NCBI GenBank assembly: GCA_963733035.1
Contig: CAVTBU010000006.1
Coordinates: forward strand, 544,001-608,000
Direction: 5' to 3'
Length of the DNA stretch: 64,000 nucleotides
From: Pirellulales bacterium
GTDB lineage: Bacteria > Planctomycetota > Planctomycetia > Pirellulales > PALSA-1355
Shown here: one piece after another, positions 51,749-61,849 of the stretch
How positions within the stretch are numbered: the stretch's first letter is position 1
Layout of the letters: every line of letters starts with the position of its first letter
The notes under the pieces: model-generated
Seen by the model: the letters and a program-made list of their open reading frames with translations, nothing else
Told to the model about the DNA's origin: nothing
Database searches by the model: none
Translations under genes and position numbers: made by a program

Positions 51749-52546
51749 ATGTTCGGTGTCCTGCGTGAGCGTCTTCAACAAGGTTTTCGCACCGCATCCT
51801 ATCCAGACGAGCCCGCGCCGGCGCGTCCCGCGCGATTTCGTGGCTTGCCGGTGCTCGATGGGAGCAAATGTCCTAATGGGTGCCAGGCCTGCGCAGAAGC
51901 ATGCCCGACAGATGCGATTCAAGACGCCGATGGCCAATTGCGCCTTGACATGGGACGCTGTTTGTTCTGCATCGACTGCCTGCAAGCTTGCCCGGAAGGC
52001 GCCATTGAATTTACCAATGACTACCGTCTTGCGGCGCGAACACGAGATGATTTGTTCATCGGTGGCGAACGATTTGAAGCGGCTCAAGCACTGGAAGAAC
52101 GGATCCGGCGGATCTTCGGCCGATCGCTCCGGCTACGACAGGTTAGCGCCGGGGGTTGCAACGCATGCGAGGCCGATGTCAATGTGCTCAACACGGTTGT
52201 ATTTGATCTTAGTCGTTTCGGTATTCAGATTGTCGCTTCGCCGCGGCACGCTGACGGACTACTGATCACCGGGCCTGTCACGGAGAACATGAGGATTGCG
52301 CTGCAGAAAACCTATGATGCAATTCCAGAACCCAAGCTGGTGATCGCTGTGGGTGCATGCGCCATTTCCGGTGGACCATACATTGGACATAGTCAGGTCC
52401 ACAACGGCGCCGATAGCGTCTTACCGGTCGATCTATATATCCCCGGCTGTCCGCCCAATCCCTGGACGATTCTTGACGGCTTGTTGCGCCTACTGGGTCG
52501 TCTTGACGTCAGCCATCCAGACTTCGCAGGCGCGCCAAAAAAGTAG
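51749..52546 (+). CDS. hyfI: HyfI/NuoB-like small subunit with N-terminal 2x[4Fe-4S] ferredoxin
   Basis: CPNGCQACAEACP and CLFCIDCLQACP; GGCNACE, SPRHAD, VGAC, PGCPP. Confidence 0.88.
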   Translation: MFGVLRERLQQGFRTASYPDEPAPARPARFRGLPVLDGSKCPNGCQACAEACPTDAIQDADGQLRLDMGRCLFCIDCLQACPEGAIEFTNDYRLAARTRDDLFIGGERFEAAQALEERIRRIFGRSLRLRQVSAGGCNACEADVNVLNTVVFDLSRFGIQIVASPRHADGLLITGPVTENMRIALQKTYDAIPEPKLVIAVGACAISGGPYIGHSQVHNGADSVLPVDLYIPGCPPNPWTILDGLLRLLGRLDVSHPDFAGAPKK

Positions 52547-52661
52547 GACGCGATCCGCGCTCGACTGACCACGCCGGAGGGGGGATTGCACCGGGATGAA
52601 TTGCGATTCGATGAGGCCTGCATCCAGCAGCCAGTCGCGACCGTCACACGATGAAAGAGAG

Positions 52662-52717
52662 GTACCGAAGGTGGGACTTGACCCCACACGCCCTTGCGGG
52701 CACTGGATTTTGAGTCC
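52662..52717 (-). repeat. Duplicated 3' part of tRNA-Leu(CAA) (att-like direct repeat)
   Basis: 56 bp matching 57308..57363 with one mismatch in the T loop; ends just past the anticodon loop. Confidence 0.93.
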
Positions 52718-52851
52718 GTAAATAGTTTATAGCCGACTGCGCCGGCCGACAATTCCCCGCATAAAACTGCCGACCACGTCTTCGCATCGCGCGTTGTTAT
52801 CCCGTCTGCCGGCGCGGGCGTCGGCGAATGCGAGCCCATCTTGAAGCACAC

Positions 52852-54810
52852 CTATTGTGCTGGTTGTTGATTGCCATAGGTGGCAATCGCCTCTTCTAAT
52901 TGCTGGGCCAGCGCTGTTTGCCCGTCGGCCTTGGCCAGCACGAGCGCTTCGCGCCATTGCCACGGCGTCCGAGATGCGCCCGGCCTCGGCATAGGCGACA
53001 GCCAAGTTTGTCGATGCGGCAAGGTCCGGCCTGAGCCGATGCGCCACCTCGAAATGCCTGATAGCTTTTTGCGTGAAGCCCTGGTTGACCAGCAAGATTC
53101 CCAGGTTGGTGTGGGCCTCGGGCAGATTTGGGTCGATGGCAACCGCGGCAAAGTAATGGTCAATCGCCTGCTCTGGCCGCCCTAACTTCACCAAGAGTAG
53201 GCCGAGATTGTTGTGCGAAGCAGCATGGTCCGGACACAACTGAAGCGTCGTGCGGTAGTGATCCATGGCATCGGCCGGGCGGTGGGCCGATTCTAGCGCC
53301 CGCGCGAGGTTGTAGTGCGCCTGGAAGGACTTAGGATCGAGATCGACGGCTTTCTCCAGGTGTCGTAGTGACTCGGCCGCTCGCCCCGCTCGTTCGAGCT
53401 GGATACCGAGGTTAACTTGCACCAGCGGGTCGTGCCCCTGGTGCCGCTCGGCATCCTGCCATAGCCAAAGCTCGTCGCCATAGACCAGGACTCGTTCATA
53501 CGCAACGACGCCAAACAGGATTACCACCCCGAGTGTGGCGATTGCCGTCAGGGCAATCGGGCCACATCGGCCAAGTAGTTCGCCCGTGCGCACGGCGACC
53601 CGGGCAAATAGCCACTGGCACAGGGCGTACGATCCCACCACCGCCAGCGGCGCCAATGCCGCCAACGGCACGTACATTCTACGCTCAGCCGCGGTTTGGT
53701 TTACTAGTGGAATCAACAGCGTGGGGGATAGCACAGCCAGCACCCACACCGCCACGTATCCGACGGCAAAGCGCCGCCAGGCAAGCACGGCCGCCGCGGC
53801 GATCAACAACCCGGCCGACATCAACCAAGGCCACGCCTCGCGCAGCGTTGTCAAGTACGGGATCTCATAATGAAGCACTAGCGGCCACGGCCAGAGAGCC
53901 AGTTTCAGATATAAGAACAAGACCTTGGTCTGTGTCAGCCACCAAACGTAGACCGGTACGCCTAATCCGAAGCCGGCCTGCGGCGTCCTCGGCCCGTGAT
54001 AGTTCAACAAAATCGCTGGCAGCCAACAGAGCACAGGCCTAGATACAGCGGCCACGATCGCCGCAGGGCTCGCCGAAACGTCTGCTCCAGGAAAGTCCGC
54101 TCGTACAACAGCACCATTGCAGGTGCCGAAGCCATCGTCTCTTTGCACAAAATGCCCAAGATGCAACACAAACTGGCCACCAGCAGCCAAAGCCCGCGAC
54201 TGGGTTGCCGCGTGGCAGCCCAATAGCGCAGACTGCTATAGACGGTCGCCAGGTAAAACATTCCCATCAGCAGCTCGGTTCGCTGTGTGATATAGACAAC
54301 GCTTTCCGTGTCCAAGGGATGCAGCGCCCAAAGCAGGGCCGCGGCAAACGCCAGCAGTTCGGCCGCGCCGTCGAACCGACCCTGGAAATAGTCGAGTCGC
54401 AATGTGCGGGCCACGATCGACCACAATAACATCGCCGAGATAATATGCGCGACGATATGCAGGATCCGATATCCTTGCGGGTCAAGCTGACCGAGGTGAT
54501 AGTTGACTGCCAGCGAGAGGTTCACAAGAGGGCGGCCATGAAGGGGATTCAGGTCGGGAGGGTTGAGCGGACTTTGGCCCTTATCACTGCCCCAGAGGGG
54601 CCATAGCTGGCGGATGGACGGATTGTCTGCCACGGTGGCCGAATCGTCGAAGACCAGCGGACCGTCGATGCCCGGACAGTAAACCGCCATTACCGAACCG
54701 ATAAGGACGCACACGCCAAGTATGCGACCAACGCCGCCGATACTTGGGCGAGATTGCTTCTCGGGGAGTCGCGCCGTTGGCTCAACAGGTGCGGCGTGCA
54801 TGTGGTTCAT
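52852..54810 (-). CDS. Multi-pass membrane TPR protein (TMTC/GT-C-like), two apparent frameshifts (~54035 and ~52952)
   Basis: FDD lumenal motif, GRPLVNLS, ALHPLDTESVVYITQRTE, CKET, YLKLALWPWPL, AERRMY; C-terminal TPRs (AHYNLA, SHNNLG, AHTNLG). Confidence 0.8.
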
Positions 54811-55040
54811 GAATGATCTTCAGCGGTGGTCGATTCGGCGGAGCAATGGCACCCGACATGTGCCGTGCCAGGGTTTGATGGATCACGTCAATCGCATCGG
54901 AGCCGCCCCATTATTTGGTTATAGACACCGCACGCCGCCCGTTCGACTATTCGCCGAGTGAATCCATGGGTCTAAGCGGAATGATTTTGGATGAGTCACA
55001 CCTAGTCGGCACGACCCCCAAAATCGGAGCCACAACCTGG

Positions 55041-55083
55041 CGGGCGCCTCGGCGACCGTGAAGTGCAATTCGGTCAGTCTAAA
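55041..55083 (+). repeat. 43-bp direct repeat, copy 1
   Basis: CGGGCGCCTCGGCGACCGTGAAGTGCAATTCGGTCAGTCTAAA, identical to 56900..56942. Confidence 0.92.
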
Positions 55084-55110
55084 ATCCTTAGTGCTGTAGT
55101 ATACTGAACC

Positions 55111-56676
55111 ATGAAACAACAGTTGGCAATCATCATTGGCGCCGGCCCCGCAGGGCTGACGGCAGCCTATGAATTTTTGAGGCGATCCAACGTCCGGCCG
55201 GTGGTATTCGAAGCTACAGGCTTTCTCGGCGGAATCTCAAGGACGGAGGTCTATAAGGGCAACCGCATCGATATCGGTGGCCATCGATTCTTCTCGAAGT
55301 CGGACCGCGTCATGCGATGGTGGTTGGACTTGCTGCCGCTGGCCCAACCGGTTCTGGAAGAGACGGAGATTCGCTATCAGGGGCAACGACGTTACTTGCA
55401 GGCCAGCGACGGCCAAGTGCAGCCAGCGGACTCAGATGGAGTCATGCTTCTCCGTCGACGGAAAAGCCGAATTTACTTCTTGCGGAAATTCTTTGATTAT
55501 CCTCTTACGGGCAGCTTGCGGACGATCGCGAATTTAGGCTACCGCCAAACAGCACTAGTCGTAGCAAGTTACGTCCGCTCGCGCGTATTCCCGAGACGTC
55601 CCGAGTCGACGCTCGAAGACTATTTGGTTAACCACTTCGGTCGCCGCTTGTATTCGATGTTTTTCGAGTCCTACACCGAGAAGGTGTGGGGAGTGCCATG
55701 CAATCAGATTAGTGCGGAATGGGGAGCTCAACGAATCAAAGGATTATCGATGGCGAAAGTACTGAAGCACGCATTTCGCCGAAAAAACCAGTCTGACGGC
55801 GTTGGACAAAAGACGGTTGAAACCTCATTAATCGAACAGTTTCTATACCCGAAGTTCGGGCCCGGGCAAATGTGGGAACGTTGTGCTGAAAAGGTGACTG
55901 AAATGGGTGGTGAGATTCGCCTGCAACACACCGTAGAACGAATCGACTGGGAGGGCAAGCGAGTTGTGTCGGTCACAACGCGAGACGATCGAGGACAGCT
56001 TGAGACGCATCGAGGGGATTACTTCCTGTCGACCATGCCTGTCCGCGACCTGATTTCGCGCATGCGGCCCGAGCCGCCGCCGACCGTACGAGAAGTTGCG
56101 ATGTCGCTGGTCTATCGCGATTTCATTACGGTGGGACTACTCGTGCGACGCGCGTCTACCCACTCCGCGAGTGTGGCTGCAGGGCTCGATGACAACTGGA
56201 TCTACATTCAAGACTCGGACGTGAAGCTCGGACGGCTACAGATATTCAACAACTGGAGTTCCTCGATGGTGGCCGCGTCCGATGCGGTATGGTTGGGACT
56301 CGAGTATTTCTGCGACGTGGGAGATCCCTTATGGTCGCTCTCGGACGCTGAACTTGTGCAGCTTGGAGTTGACGAGCTCGCCAAGATTGGATTGATCAAC
56401 GAGTCGGACGTCCTCGATGGCACGGTCGTTCGCACGAATGACGCCTATCCTGCTTACATTGGCGCGTACAATCGGTTCGCGACAATTCGCTCCTTCGTCG
56501 ACGAAATCGAGAATCTCTTCCTGATTGGTCGCAATGGAATGCACCGCTACAACAATCAGGATCACTCCATGCTCACGGCGATGACGGCCGTGGACAATAT
56601 CTGCGCCGGGCTGACTAGCAAGGACAATATCTGGGAAGTGAACACAGAGCAGGACTATCATGAAGAACGGAAGTGA
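55111..56676 (+). CDS. NAD(P)/FAD-dependent oxidoreductase (protoporphyrinogen oxidase / UDP-galactopyranose mutase-like fold)
   Basis: [68 protein letters not shown] 5 nt before the ATG. Confidence 0.88.
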   Translation: MKQQLAIIIGAGPAGLTAAYEFLRRSNVRPVVFEATGFLGGISRTEVYKGNRIDIGGHRFFSKSDRVMRWWLDLLPLAQPVLEETEIRYQGQRRYLQASDGQVQPADSDGVMLLRRRKSRIYFLRKFFDYPLTGSLRTIANLGYRQTALVVASYVRSRVFPRRPESTLEDYLVNHFGRRLYSMFFESYTEKVWGVPCNQISAEWGAQRIKGLSMAKVLKHAFRRKNQSDGVGQKTVETSLIEQFLYPKFGPGQMWERCAEKVTEMGGEIRLQHTVERIDWEGKRVVSVTTRDDRGQLETHRGDYFLSTMPVRDLISRMRPEPPPTVREVAMSLVYRDFITVGLLVRRASTHSASVAAGLDDNWIYIQDSDVKLGRLQIFNNWSSSMVAASDAVWLGLEYFCDVGDPLWSLSDAELVQLGVDELAKIGLINESDVLDGTVVRTNDAYPAYIGAYNRFATIRSFVDEIENLFLIGRNGMHRYNNQDHSMLTAMTAVDNICAGLTSKDNIWEVNTEQDYHEERK

Positions 56677-56899
56677 ATTTCGCCGCACAGAGTACAGAGT
56701 CACGGCCGATTTCGCTCGTGGCTCTCGCGTCAGCTCGCACGCGACGCTCGTCGAGCCAACTGCGTACCATTTCTGTAGTCGTAAATTCTGCACACTACGC
56801 CGCCTGCGGCCGCGAGTAGTACTGGGCTGACCTGCAGTGCAAATTGGTCACGCGACACGGCTGGTCCGTTGACTTCTCGAAGCACCGGTATCAGAGCGA

Positions 56900-56942
56900 C
56901 GGGCGCCTCGGCGACCGTGAAGTGCAATTCGGTCAGTCTAAA
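56900..56942 (+). repeat. 43-bp direct repeat, copy 2
   Basis: Identical to 55041..55083; similarity continues about 12 nt further with mismatches. Confidence 0.92.
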
Positions 56943-57020
56943 GTCCCTACTGCTCCAATTACACGTGAGCCGCGTATGGTCGAGGCCGAGCAGAAAGAAG
57001 ATCGTGGCGTGCAAATCGAT
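56900..57020 (-). pseudogene. Degenerate C-terminal fragment of a DUF1501 gene
   Basis: IDLHATIFFLLGLDHTRLTCNWSSRDFRLTE aligns with [31 protein letters not shown] at the end of the DUF1501 gene at 3374..4820. Confidence 0.72.
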
Positions 57021-57308
57021 TCTGATGCTTGTGGAACCGCAAGAGGATGGGCTGTAGTCGAAGGACGCTCCCCGTGTGTATGGCGGCAAGCCTCCAAGTT
57101 GCATGAAGCCATTTAGATCGAGGGGGCAGCGTTTCTTCAGAGAAGCGCAATTCTCCGAGAAGCGAATTCCAATGGCCACGAACGCTTCGCCCGAGCTGAC
57201 ACTTACGAAAGGTAGGCGGAAAAATGTAGAACTCGTGTAGAACTGGGCGTGCTGGGATCTGCGAGAAACGCGTTACGATCGAGCACCAAGTTGAAGCGAG
57301 GAAAGAAG

Positions 57309-57391
57309 TACCGAAGGTGGGACTTGAACCCACACGCCCTTGCGGGCACTGGATTTTGAGTCCAGCGCGTCTGCCATTCCGCCACTTCGGC
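57309..57391 (-). tRNA. tRNA-Leu (anticodon CAA)
   Basis: GCCGAAG acceptor stem pairing with CTTCGGT+A; D loop GGAATGGCAGA; CTGGA-CTCAAAA-TCCAG anticodon arm; long variable arm GCCC-GCAA-GGGC; GGTTCAAGTCC; CCA not encoded. Confidence 0.97.
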
Positions 57392-57409
57392 AAGTGGTTA
57401 CGCTATTGC

Positions 57410-57438
57410 AGTTTGCGGTCGGTTTGGCGATTCGTCAA
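57410..57438 (-). promoter_or_regulatory. Putative sigma70 promoter of tRNA-Leu
   Basis: TTGACG-17 nt-CAAACT on the minus strand, 18 nt upstream of the tRNA 5' end. Confidence 0.6.
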
Positions 57439-57799
57439 CCCCTCTATTTTGACCTTGCGCTGCGCCGGCGCGGCGCAAATAGTGCAGTCGGACCGACTCT
57501 GGGATCGCGCGATTTTTTTGCGTTTCTCCGGGCAAATGCCATCCCGTCGAGTCGTTCATGGTGTCGACGCACGACCTCAGATGTGCAGCCCACCTGAATG
57601 TGCGCCTCCTTTTCGGAAGCACCGGCCATTTGCATCCCGGTAATAGCCACTCGTCGGAAGTCGTGGAGAGTAGCCCCACGATCGTCTCGGTCTTACGGCC
57701 AGAGCGTGAAATGACGCGACGCGTCGGTCAGCGCTTCTTGCGAATCCAGCCGGCGATACCGCGTGGCAAGCCCATGGTTCGGGGCATCGATCGCGCCCA

Positions 57800-58840
57800 C
57801 TAATGCCAGAATTCCGGCTGCGAGCCTTCAAGGTTGTTGCCCACGTTCAAGGAGACTGTGGGCATCGCGATCGGCCTGCCCACCAGTTCGCTAATCTGCC
57901 GGGCGCTTTCCGGCTCGTTCATTGCTTCGGTTCGTATCAGAACAAACCGCCCCGGCTCCGCCTCGGCCAGTCGAGCGAGCCGCCGATTGTAGTTGTCGAC
58001 GTATGTGGCGATCATGGCTTTCTTTGCTGCCAGCGCCGACTCGTCGTTTGCCAGTGCGCTTTCGGGCACCGAAAACGAAGGATACGTCGGCGCCCAAAGT
58101 CCAGGCGTCCAGAAATCGATGTCGGGCGCAGCCCAGTAGTTGTACGAACCACGGCCGCGTCCCTGAAACTTCAAGTACGAGAAGGCACAAGTCTCCGTGT
58201 CGCGTGCCAAGCCGATCATCCTGCCGGTTGGGAACTCTGCGAAGAATCGCTCTTGCAGGTTCAGCCACCAGTGGGCCGCGTCAAACACCAGCGGAAAATA
58301 CTCCGTCAACAAGTGCAGGCGTCGAAAGTGGAACTCCACCTGTTCGGGCAGCGGCTGCCAATAAACGTGCGGCGGATTCTCGTGCGTGGCACACGCGTCG
58401 GGCAATGCGGCAAAACCCGCCGATAGCGTCGACGATCCGCAGCGCCCCGACCCAACGCCCAACACGACCGTCCCCGGCTGCGAAAGCTTTGGCCGTTCCG
58501 CCAGGATCCGTTCCAGATCCTCGAAGTACGCGGCGGCGAGCCTCTGCGTTGGAAAGCCAAACGCCATGACGTTCAGCAGGTAGCGTAACCGTTCCAACGA
58601 CCTCGGTGGAAAGCTGGCGATGCGGCCCTCGAACATGACCTGGCTATAGTGCTCGCGCAACGGGCGACTATAGGCGACCCGATCGCTGACTACGCGCCAC
58701 ATTGCGTCGGCGTGCTGCCAGCGCTTGTCGCGCTCGAAATACTCACCGATCTTGATGGCCGTCAATGGATCGACTACCAAGTGAACGTTCAACGCCTTCT
58801 CGCCGGGCGAGGGCGCGGTCGAGTTTGGCGGGTTGGTCAT
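57800..58840 (-). CDS. Sulfotransferase-like (P-loop) hypothetical protein
   Basis: VLGVGSGRCGSSTL resembles the 5'-PSB PAPS-binding loop; ATHE; IGLARD...S resembles the 3'-PB motif. Confidence 0.6.
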   Translation of the reverse strand: MTNPPNSTAPSPGEKALNVHLVVDPLTAIKIGEYFERDKRWQHADAMWRVVSDRVAYSRPLREHYSQVMFEGRIASFPPRSLERLRYLLNVMAFGFPTQRLAAAYFEDLERILAERPKLSQPGTVVLGVGSGRCGSSTLSAGFAALPDACATHENPPHVYWQPLPEQVEFHFRRLHLLTEYFPLVFDAAHWWLNLQERFFAEFPTGRMIGLARDTETCAFSYLKFQGRGRGSYNYWAAPDIDFWTPGLWAPTYPSFSVPESALANDESALAAKKAMIATYVDNYNRRLARLAEAEPGRFVLIRTEAMNEPESARQISELVGRPIAMPTVSLNVGNNLEGSQPEFWH

Positions 58841-59159
58841 GGTTCTTTGTTTTATGCCGCGGCCGCTACGGCGTGGCCTCGGCTGCACGCATTAAGGCGT
58901 CTCAGTTGCAGCTCTAATCGGGGTTGATCTTTTCCCGTGCCCCACTCCATCATACCGAAAACAGCCGCCCGACGACTGGATTTTCGGCGATGTGTCCCCA
59001 TTGAACGAGTCCGCATGGGAGTGAGAATCTTGACGTTTTTGACGCGGCCCCTTGAATCGTTCCGGAACTGAGCAACAGACTCGGGTTGCGCGGAACAATG
59101 GGAGCTTGATTCCCGCCCTGATCGATTGCCACATCCCTGACATCGCGCCGGCGGGATGC

Positions 59160-60398
59160 TCAGTGAAACTCCTCGGGCCGCTGTTTCAGACGGTAGGCCG
59201 TTTCGAAGCCATTGAACAGATCGATGTATTGTTCCAACAGGCGAATCATCAGAAAACGGTCGACGACTGTCTTGTGGGCAGCTTCGCCGAGACGACGCCG
59301 CAGCGCCGGATCGTTTATAACCTCGACGATCCGCTGAGCGGCCTCAAACACGGAGTCGACGAGGTAGCCGTTCACACCGTTTTCGATTTGATAGCGAATG
59401 CCTCCCACATTCCCGCCAATGACGGGGGTGCCTTTGAGCATTGCTTCGGCGACGGTCAATCCGAACCCTTCCCGTAGCGACTTTTGCAGAACAACGGCCG
59501 CCCGCCGCTGCAGCGCGTTGACCAAAGCCGAATCCTGCACACTGAGTACGCGAATCCGTTCGTCGCGACAGTCGAGCAGTGACTCGTAAACATCGCCGCC
59601 TTCGGGATCATCGGTGGCCACATTTCCCAGCAAGACCAGCGTGGCATCGACCTCGCGGCGGGCAAGCTGAAATGCTTCGATAACGCCTTGTGGGTCCTTC
59701 CAGTGGTCGAATCGTGAAACTTGCACCACCAGGGGCAGATCCGTTGGAATGCCGTGGTGCTCGAGCCGTTCATCGACTTCGGCTTCGCTCAGCGAGCGAT
59801 TCTTGTGCGTGAAAGGATCGATCGCCGGCATGAAAAACACTTGTGGCGTGTTCAATCGCTGGGCGTATTCCTCAAGGGTGACGATCACCGCATCGTACTG
59901 CTCGACAAACTTGGACAAATAGTTCCACAGTTCGGCATTGGGGTGTTCAATGTCGACGTGACAACGCCAAATCCAAGGGCCACGCTTGCGGTAGTGTTCG
60001 ATCAGGGGGAGCGGTTGCGGATCGTGGACGACTACGAAGTCGTGATCCAAATGGTTGCGCACGGCGTTTTCGCAATTGACGTCTTCGTAGATCTCAAGCT
60101 TAAGCTCCGTCAGGTTGATCGGTCCGCCCTGCAGGGCATTGTGCATTTTCTTTGTGATACTGAAGAAGTCTGGCGGCCCATGGATCGCCCGCCAGCCGGC
60201 GCGAATGCCGACACTACTCATCAGTAGCGTGAGCGAAGACAGCAGTTCGGCGACGCCGCCACCATAAAACGTCGAATTGACGTGGGCCACATGAATTCCA
60301 GCCAAAGGGCGAGCTTTCTCGCGAATCCGCTCGATCGTATCGCTGCCCACGTACTGCTCATAGTCGTCGATATGCGTGAGATGGTGGGGTCGGACCAT
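59160..60398 (-). CDS. treT: GT4 glycosyltransferase, trehalose synthase TreT-like
   Basis: HVNSTFYGGGVAE, HDPQP, WRCHVD, QVSRFDHWKD, EGFGLTVAEA; GAGGAGG SD. Confidence 0.8.
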   Translation of the reverse strand: MVRPHHLTHIDDYEQYVGSDTIERIREKARPLAGIHVAHVNSTFYGGGVAELLSSLTLLMSSVGIRAGWRAIHGPPDFFSITKKMHNALQGGPINLTELKLEIYEDVNCENAVRNHLDHDFVVVHDPQPLPLIEHYRKRGPWIWRCHVDIEHPNAELWNYLSKFVEQYDAVIVTLEEYAQRLNTPQVFFMPAIDPFTHKNRSLSEAEVDERLEHHGIPTDLPLVVQVSRFDHWKDPQGVIEAFQLARREVDATLVLLGNVATDDPEGGDVYESLLDCRDERIRVLSVQDSALVNALQRRAAVVLQKSLREGFGLTVAEAMLKGTPVIGGNVGGIRYQIENGVNGYLVDSVFEAAQRIVEVINDPALRRRLGEAAHKTVVDRFLMIRLLEQYIDLFNGFETAYRLKQRPEEFH

Positions 60399-60605
60399 GA
60401 ATCCTCCTCACGTCGAGCCGACGAATGAGTGGGAAGTCTGGATCGGGACGCGTTGGCGGCCCGAATTTGCCTTGGCTTTTGCCGTCGAGGGGGACTAGTT
60501 TGATTCCATGTTCATCATATACTTCGAAAATCGGCTCGGGCACCCCCGCGCCGCATCGCTCCATCATTCCGTTCACTGTTCCAGAAATTGCAGGCAAGTT
60601 GAACC

Positions 60606-61710
60606 ATGGTCGGGAATCAGAAGGTTCGAGTGGCAATCATCGGGTTGGGCTTTGGCGCGGAGTTTATCCCGATTTATCAAAACCATCCGTATGCCGAGAT
60701 GTACGCCATTTGCCAACGCAGCGAAGGCAAGCTCAGAGAATTGGGCGATGCCTTCGGTGTCAAGGTGCGCTACTCGAAGTTCGCAGACGTGCTGGCCGAT
60801 CCGAACGTCGATGCCATTCACATCAACACGCCGATTCCCGATCACGCCGCGCAGAGTCTGGCCGGACTAAAAGCTGGCAAACACGTGGCTTGCACAGTGC
60901 CAATGGCCACCACGATTGACGAATGCCGCGACCTGGTTGCGGCGCAGCGGTCCAGCGGCAAGAAGTACATGATGATGGAGACGGTGGTCTATAGCCGCGA
61001 GTTCTTGTTCGTCAAGCAGCTTCATCAGCGCGGAGAGCTGGGACGTCTGCAATTCTTGCGTGGATCGCACTTGCAGGAAATGGCCGGCTGGCCAGGATAC
61101 TGGGAAGGCCTGCCGCCGATGCACTACGCAACACACTGTGTCAGCCCATGCTTAGCCCTGCCGGGCAAATTGGCCAAGAGCGTGGTCTGTCACGGATCAG
61201 GACGCATCAGCGAGGAGCTCACGTCGAAGTACGGGTCGCCATTCGCAGTGGAGACGGCCACCTTTGACATGGTCGATTCACCTTTGTGCGCCGAGGTGAC
61301 GCGAAGTCTGTTTGAGACGGCGCGGCAATACATCGAAAGCTTCGATGTCTACGCCGACAACGTCTCCTACGAGTGGCCGCGGATCGAACACGAACCCGCA
61401 GTGCTCCATCGCGGTGAGAAGCCTGAACGGGTGAACGTGCCAGACTTCGCTGACCTACTGCCCGAAGGAATTCGCCGCTTTACTACCAAGGGCGTGTATG
61501 ACGCCGACGAAACGCAGCATTTGTCGTTCATTCAAGGCAGCGGCCACGGCGGTTCGCATCCTCACCTGGCACACGAGTTCCTCAGCGCGATCGTCGAAGA
61601 TCGCGATCCGCTGCCCAATGCCGTCACCAGCGCCAACTGGACAATGACCGGTATCTGCGCACATGTCGGCAATGAAAGGTGGCGCGCGGGTGGAGATCCC
61701 GCGGTTCTAA
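60606..61710 (+). CDS. Gfo/Idh/MocA family oxidoreductase, apparent frameshift near 61658
   Basis: VAIIGLGFG, AGKHVAC, PPMHYATH, GHGGSH; +GC restores ICAHMSAMKGGARVEIPRF-stop at 61710. Confidence 0.87.
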
Positions 61711-61849
61711 TCAGCTCGCACGCAAGACCTCGGTAGATCAAAGGGCCGGAAGACAACCGACCGCCGTCCCTTTTTGCGTGCGTGGCCCTATCCGATATTA
61801 AGCTAGAATTAAATCTGCCTTCTCCGCGCGCCAATTGCAGGAATGCGAC

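Larger units (their letters stand above)
52718..57307. mobile_element. Small tRNA-anchored genomic islet without integrase
   Basis: Bounded by the intact tRNA-Leu and its 3' duplicate; holds two cargo genes and a gene remnant; no recombinase ORF. Confidence 0.7.

Noticed and set aside
50175..52546. Bona fide [NiFe] hydrogenase / formate hydrogenlyase
   Set aside because: Both Ni-binding CxxC motifs are missing, and no maturation or formate dehydrogenase genes are in the window.
8816..52546. Functional link between the variant enolase and the hyf-like operon via fluoride stress
   Set aside because: They are 35 kb apart with no shared regulatory motif seen.
52662..52717. Second functional tRNA-Leu
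   Set aside because: Lacks the 5' acceptor strand and D arm and has a T-loop mutation; it is an att-type duplicate.
56959..57393. ORFs spanning the tRNA
   Set aside because: They are translations of the tRNA gene itself.
60358..60636. 92-aa minus-strand ORF between treT and the oxidoreductase
   Set aside because: Overlaps both flanking starts and the divergent promoter region; no recognisable motif.
3374..61710. Programmed ribosomal frameshifting as the cause of split genes
   Set aside because: No slippery heptamers or consistent stimulatory structures; the gene families involved are not known to use it.
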